Part shown: piece after piece, positions 63,356 through 64,000 of the stretch
How the letters are laid out: each line of letters begins with the position of its first letter
How positions within the stretch are numbered: the first letter of the stretch is position 1
Source of the DNA: an uncultured Candidatus Saccharibacteria bacterium
GTDB taxonomy: Bacteria > Patescibacteriota > Saccharimonadia > Saccharimonadales > JAGQNJ01
NCBI GenBank assembly: GCA_964510945.1
Contig: CAZEED010000002.1
Coordinates: 16,924 to 80,923 of the forward strand
Reading direction: 5' to 3'
DNA length: 64,000 nucleotides
Program-made: the position numbers and the translations under genes
Notes under the pieces: model-generated
Databases searched by the model: none
What the model saw: the letters and a program-made list of their open reading frames with translations, nothing else
Told to the model about the DNA's origin: nothing

Positions 63356-64000
63356 GGTTGACTCGAGTTACATTTATTTGATCCGGTAGCAGGATCCCAG
63401 TGCCAAGATTCAAATGATAGCTGGCTATACCCAAAGCGCTCGGCATTTTCAAACATCCATGTCCAACCAGAAGAGTCATCGGTGTTTCTATCTGAACAGT
63501 CTCCTCTACTTCCGCTTGCGCCATCCTCAAAACCCATATCTGAAAAGTCTATAGCAGTGCCATTTTGATGATTGGAGTATCCGGGTCTAGCTACGTTTCC
63601 GCTCCCATCGCTATCGGCGTATAGCTGTTGTTGATGAGCCATAGTGCGGAAACTGCTGGTTGCCGAGAGCGGAGATCCGTCTTGACTGGCCGCTTCAACC
63701 ATAGCGTAGACCGCTCCAGAAACACGAGAATTTACAATAGCTTTTCCTTCGGCACCATCTATATAGTATTCGCTTCCCGGTGTGCTTTCACTACTACCAG
63801 AAGACAAATTAGAAACTGCACATAATCGATGCTGGACTACAGAGCCATCTACGTACCCATCAAAAACCCCAAGATCGGTTGTGCCCTCGGCACAATCCAC
63901 ATCTACTGATGTTTCGAAAGGATCACCAACTATCTCAGCGCCAGCAGTTGAAGTTGGATCAGAAGAATTTGGTTCATCTTCGAATCCTAATTCTGCGCAA
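63352..64000 (-). CDS. VanY/M15B-type D-alanyl-D-alanine carboxypeptidase family protein (5' end outside window)
   Basis: SSFRTMAHQQQLY...ARPGYSNHQNGTAIDF (SxHxxGxAxD) and FESWHWD (ExWH). The frame stays open upstream of the ORF-track GTG 63900 to the window edge (...ELGFEDEPNSSDPTSTAGAEIVGDPFETSVDVDC). ATGA overlap with the downstream hydrolase. Confidence 0.75.
   Translation of the reverse strand, partial: CAELGFEDEPNSSDPTSTAGAEIVGDPFETSVDVDCAEGTTDLGVFDGYVDGSVVQHRLCAVSNLSSGSSESTPGSEYYIDGAEGKAIVNSRVSGAVYAMVEAASQDGSPLSATSSFRTMAHQQQLYADSDGSGNVARPGYSNHQNGTAIDFSDMGFEDGASGSRGDCSDRNTDDSSGWTWMFENAERFGYSQLSFESWHWDPATGSNKCNSSQP

Noticed and set aside
1-64000. Alternative genetic code (UGA recoding, as in some CPR lineages)
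   Set aside because: TGA clearly terminates well-conserved genes at their expected lengths (for example the GT2 at 25343-25345, the GT4 at 52377-52379 and the VanY-like gene at 63352-63354). Conserved proteins are full length under code 11.
1-64000. tRNA, rRNA, CRISPR arrays
   Set aside because: The intergenic regions are short (mostly under 120 nt). None shows cloverleaf-compatible stems, rRNA-like sequence or spaced direct repeats.

Overview
Gene-dense, low-GC bacterial chromosome segment using the standard code (TGA is used as a stop, including ATGA stop/start overlaps). I found no rRNA, tRNA, CRISPR array, integrase or transposase. It contains the replication origin: rpmH-rnpA-yidC-jag on the minus strand, a DnaA-box region, then dnaA-dnaN-recF on the plus strand (52.9-59.0 kb). 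The compaction, overlapping convergent genes, a LexA-DNA-binding-domain-only regulator, an archaeal-type AspRS, the heavy investment in surface glycans and the secreted wall hydrolases fit a reduced-genome Patescibacteria/CPR (Saccharibacteria-like) organism. That placement is inference only. About 40 kb (12.4-52.4 kb) is one surface-glycan super-locus. It holds a polyprenyl-phosphate glycosylphosphotransferase, a Wzx flippase and an O-antigen-ligase/Wzy-like protein, plus a Wzm/Wzt ABC exporter, GtrA, a membrane GT2 and two GT-C-like proteins. It also has about 12 soluble glycosyltransferases (GT2, GT4, GT11, exostosin-like) and sugar-nucleotide genes (glmS, manC, a PMM-like HAD, rfbA, ugd, gmd, fcl, an rmd-like gene, a NUDIX). 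Two methyltransferases and a kinase-like protein are also present. The core (about 25.3-50.0 kb) is much more AT-rich than its flanks. Items most worth a second look: (1) a secreted tandem bulb-type lectin protein encoded inside the locus next to D-rhamnose/fucose/mannose pathway genes; (2) an origin-proximal operon encoding a 929-aa four-domain peptidoglycan hydrolase (SGNH + GH3 + phage-tail-lysozyme-like + LAS/M15), a VanY-like peptidase and a membrane-anchored beta-propeller protein; (3) a recurrent leaderless-type architecture, with near-consensus promoters 6-8 nt from start codons; (4) a cobalamin riboswitch controlling a DUF4430/membrane-protein pair; (5) a possible NDK-like + nucleotidyltransferase-fold fusion protein; (6) a sigma-70 factor with a 91-aa C-terminal extension. 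All functional calls rest on motif recognition by eye. No database search was run.
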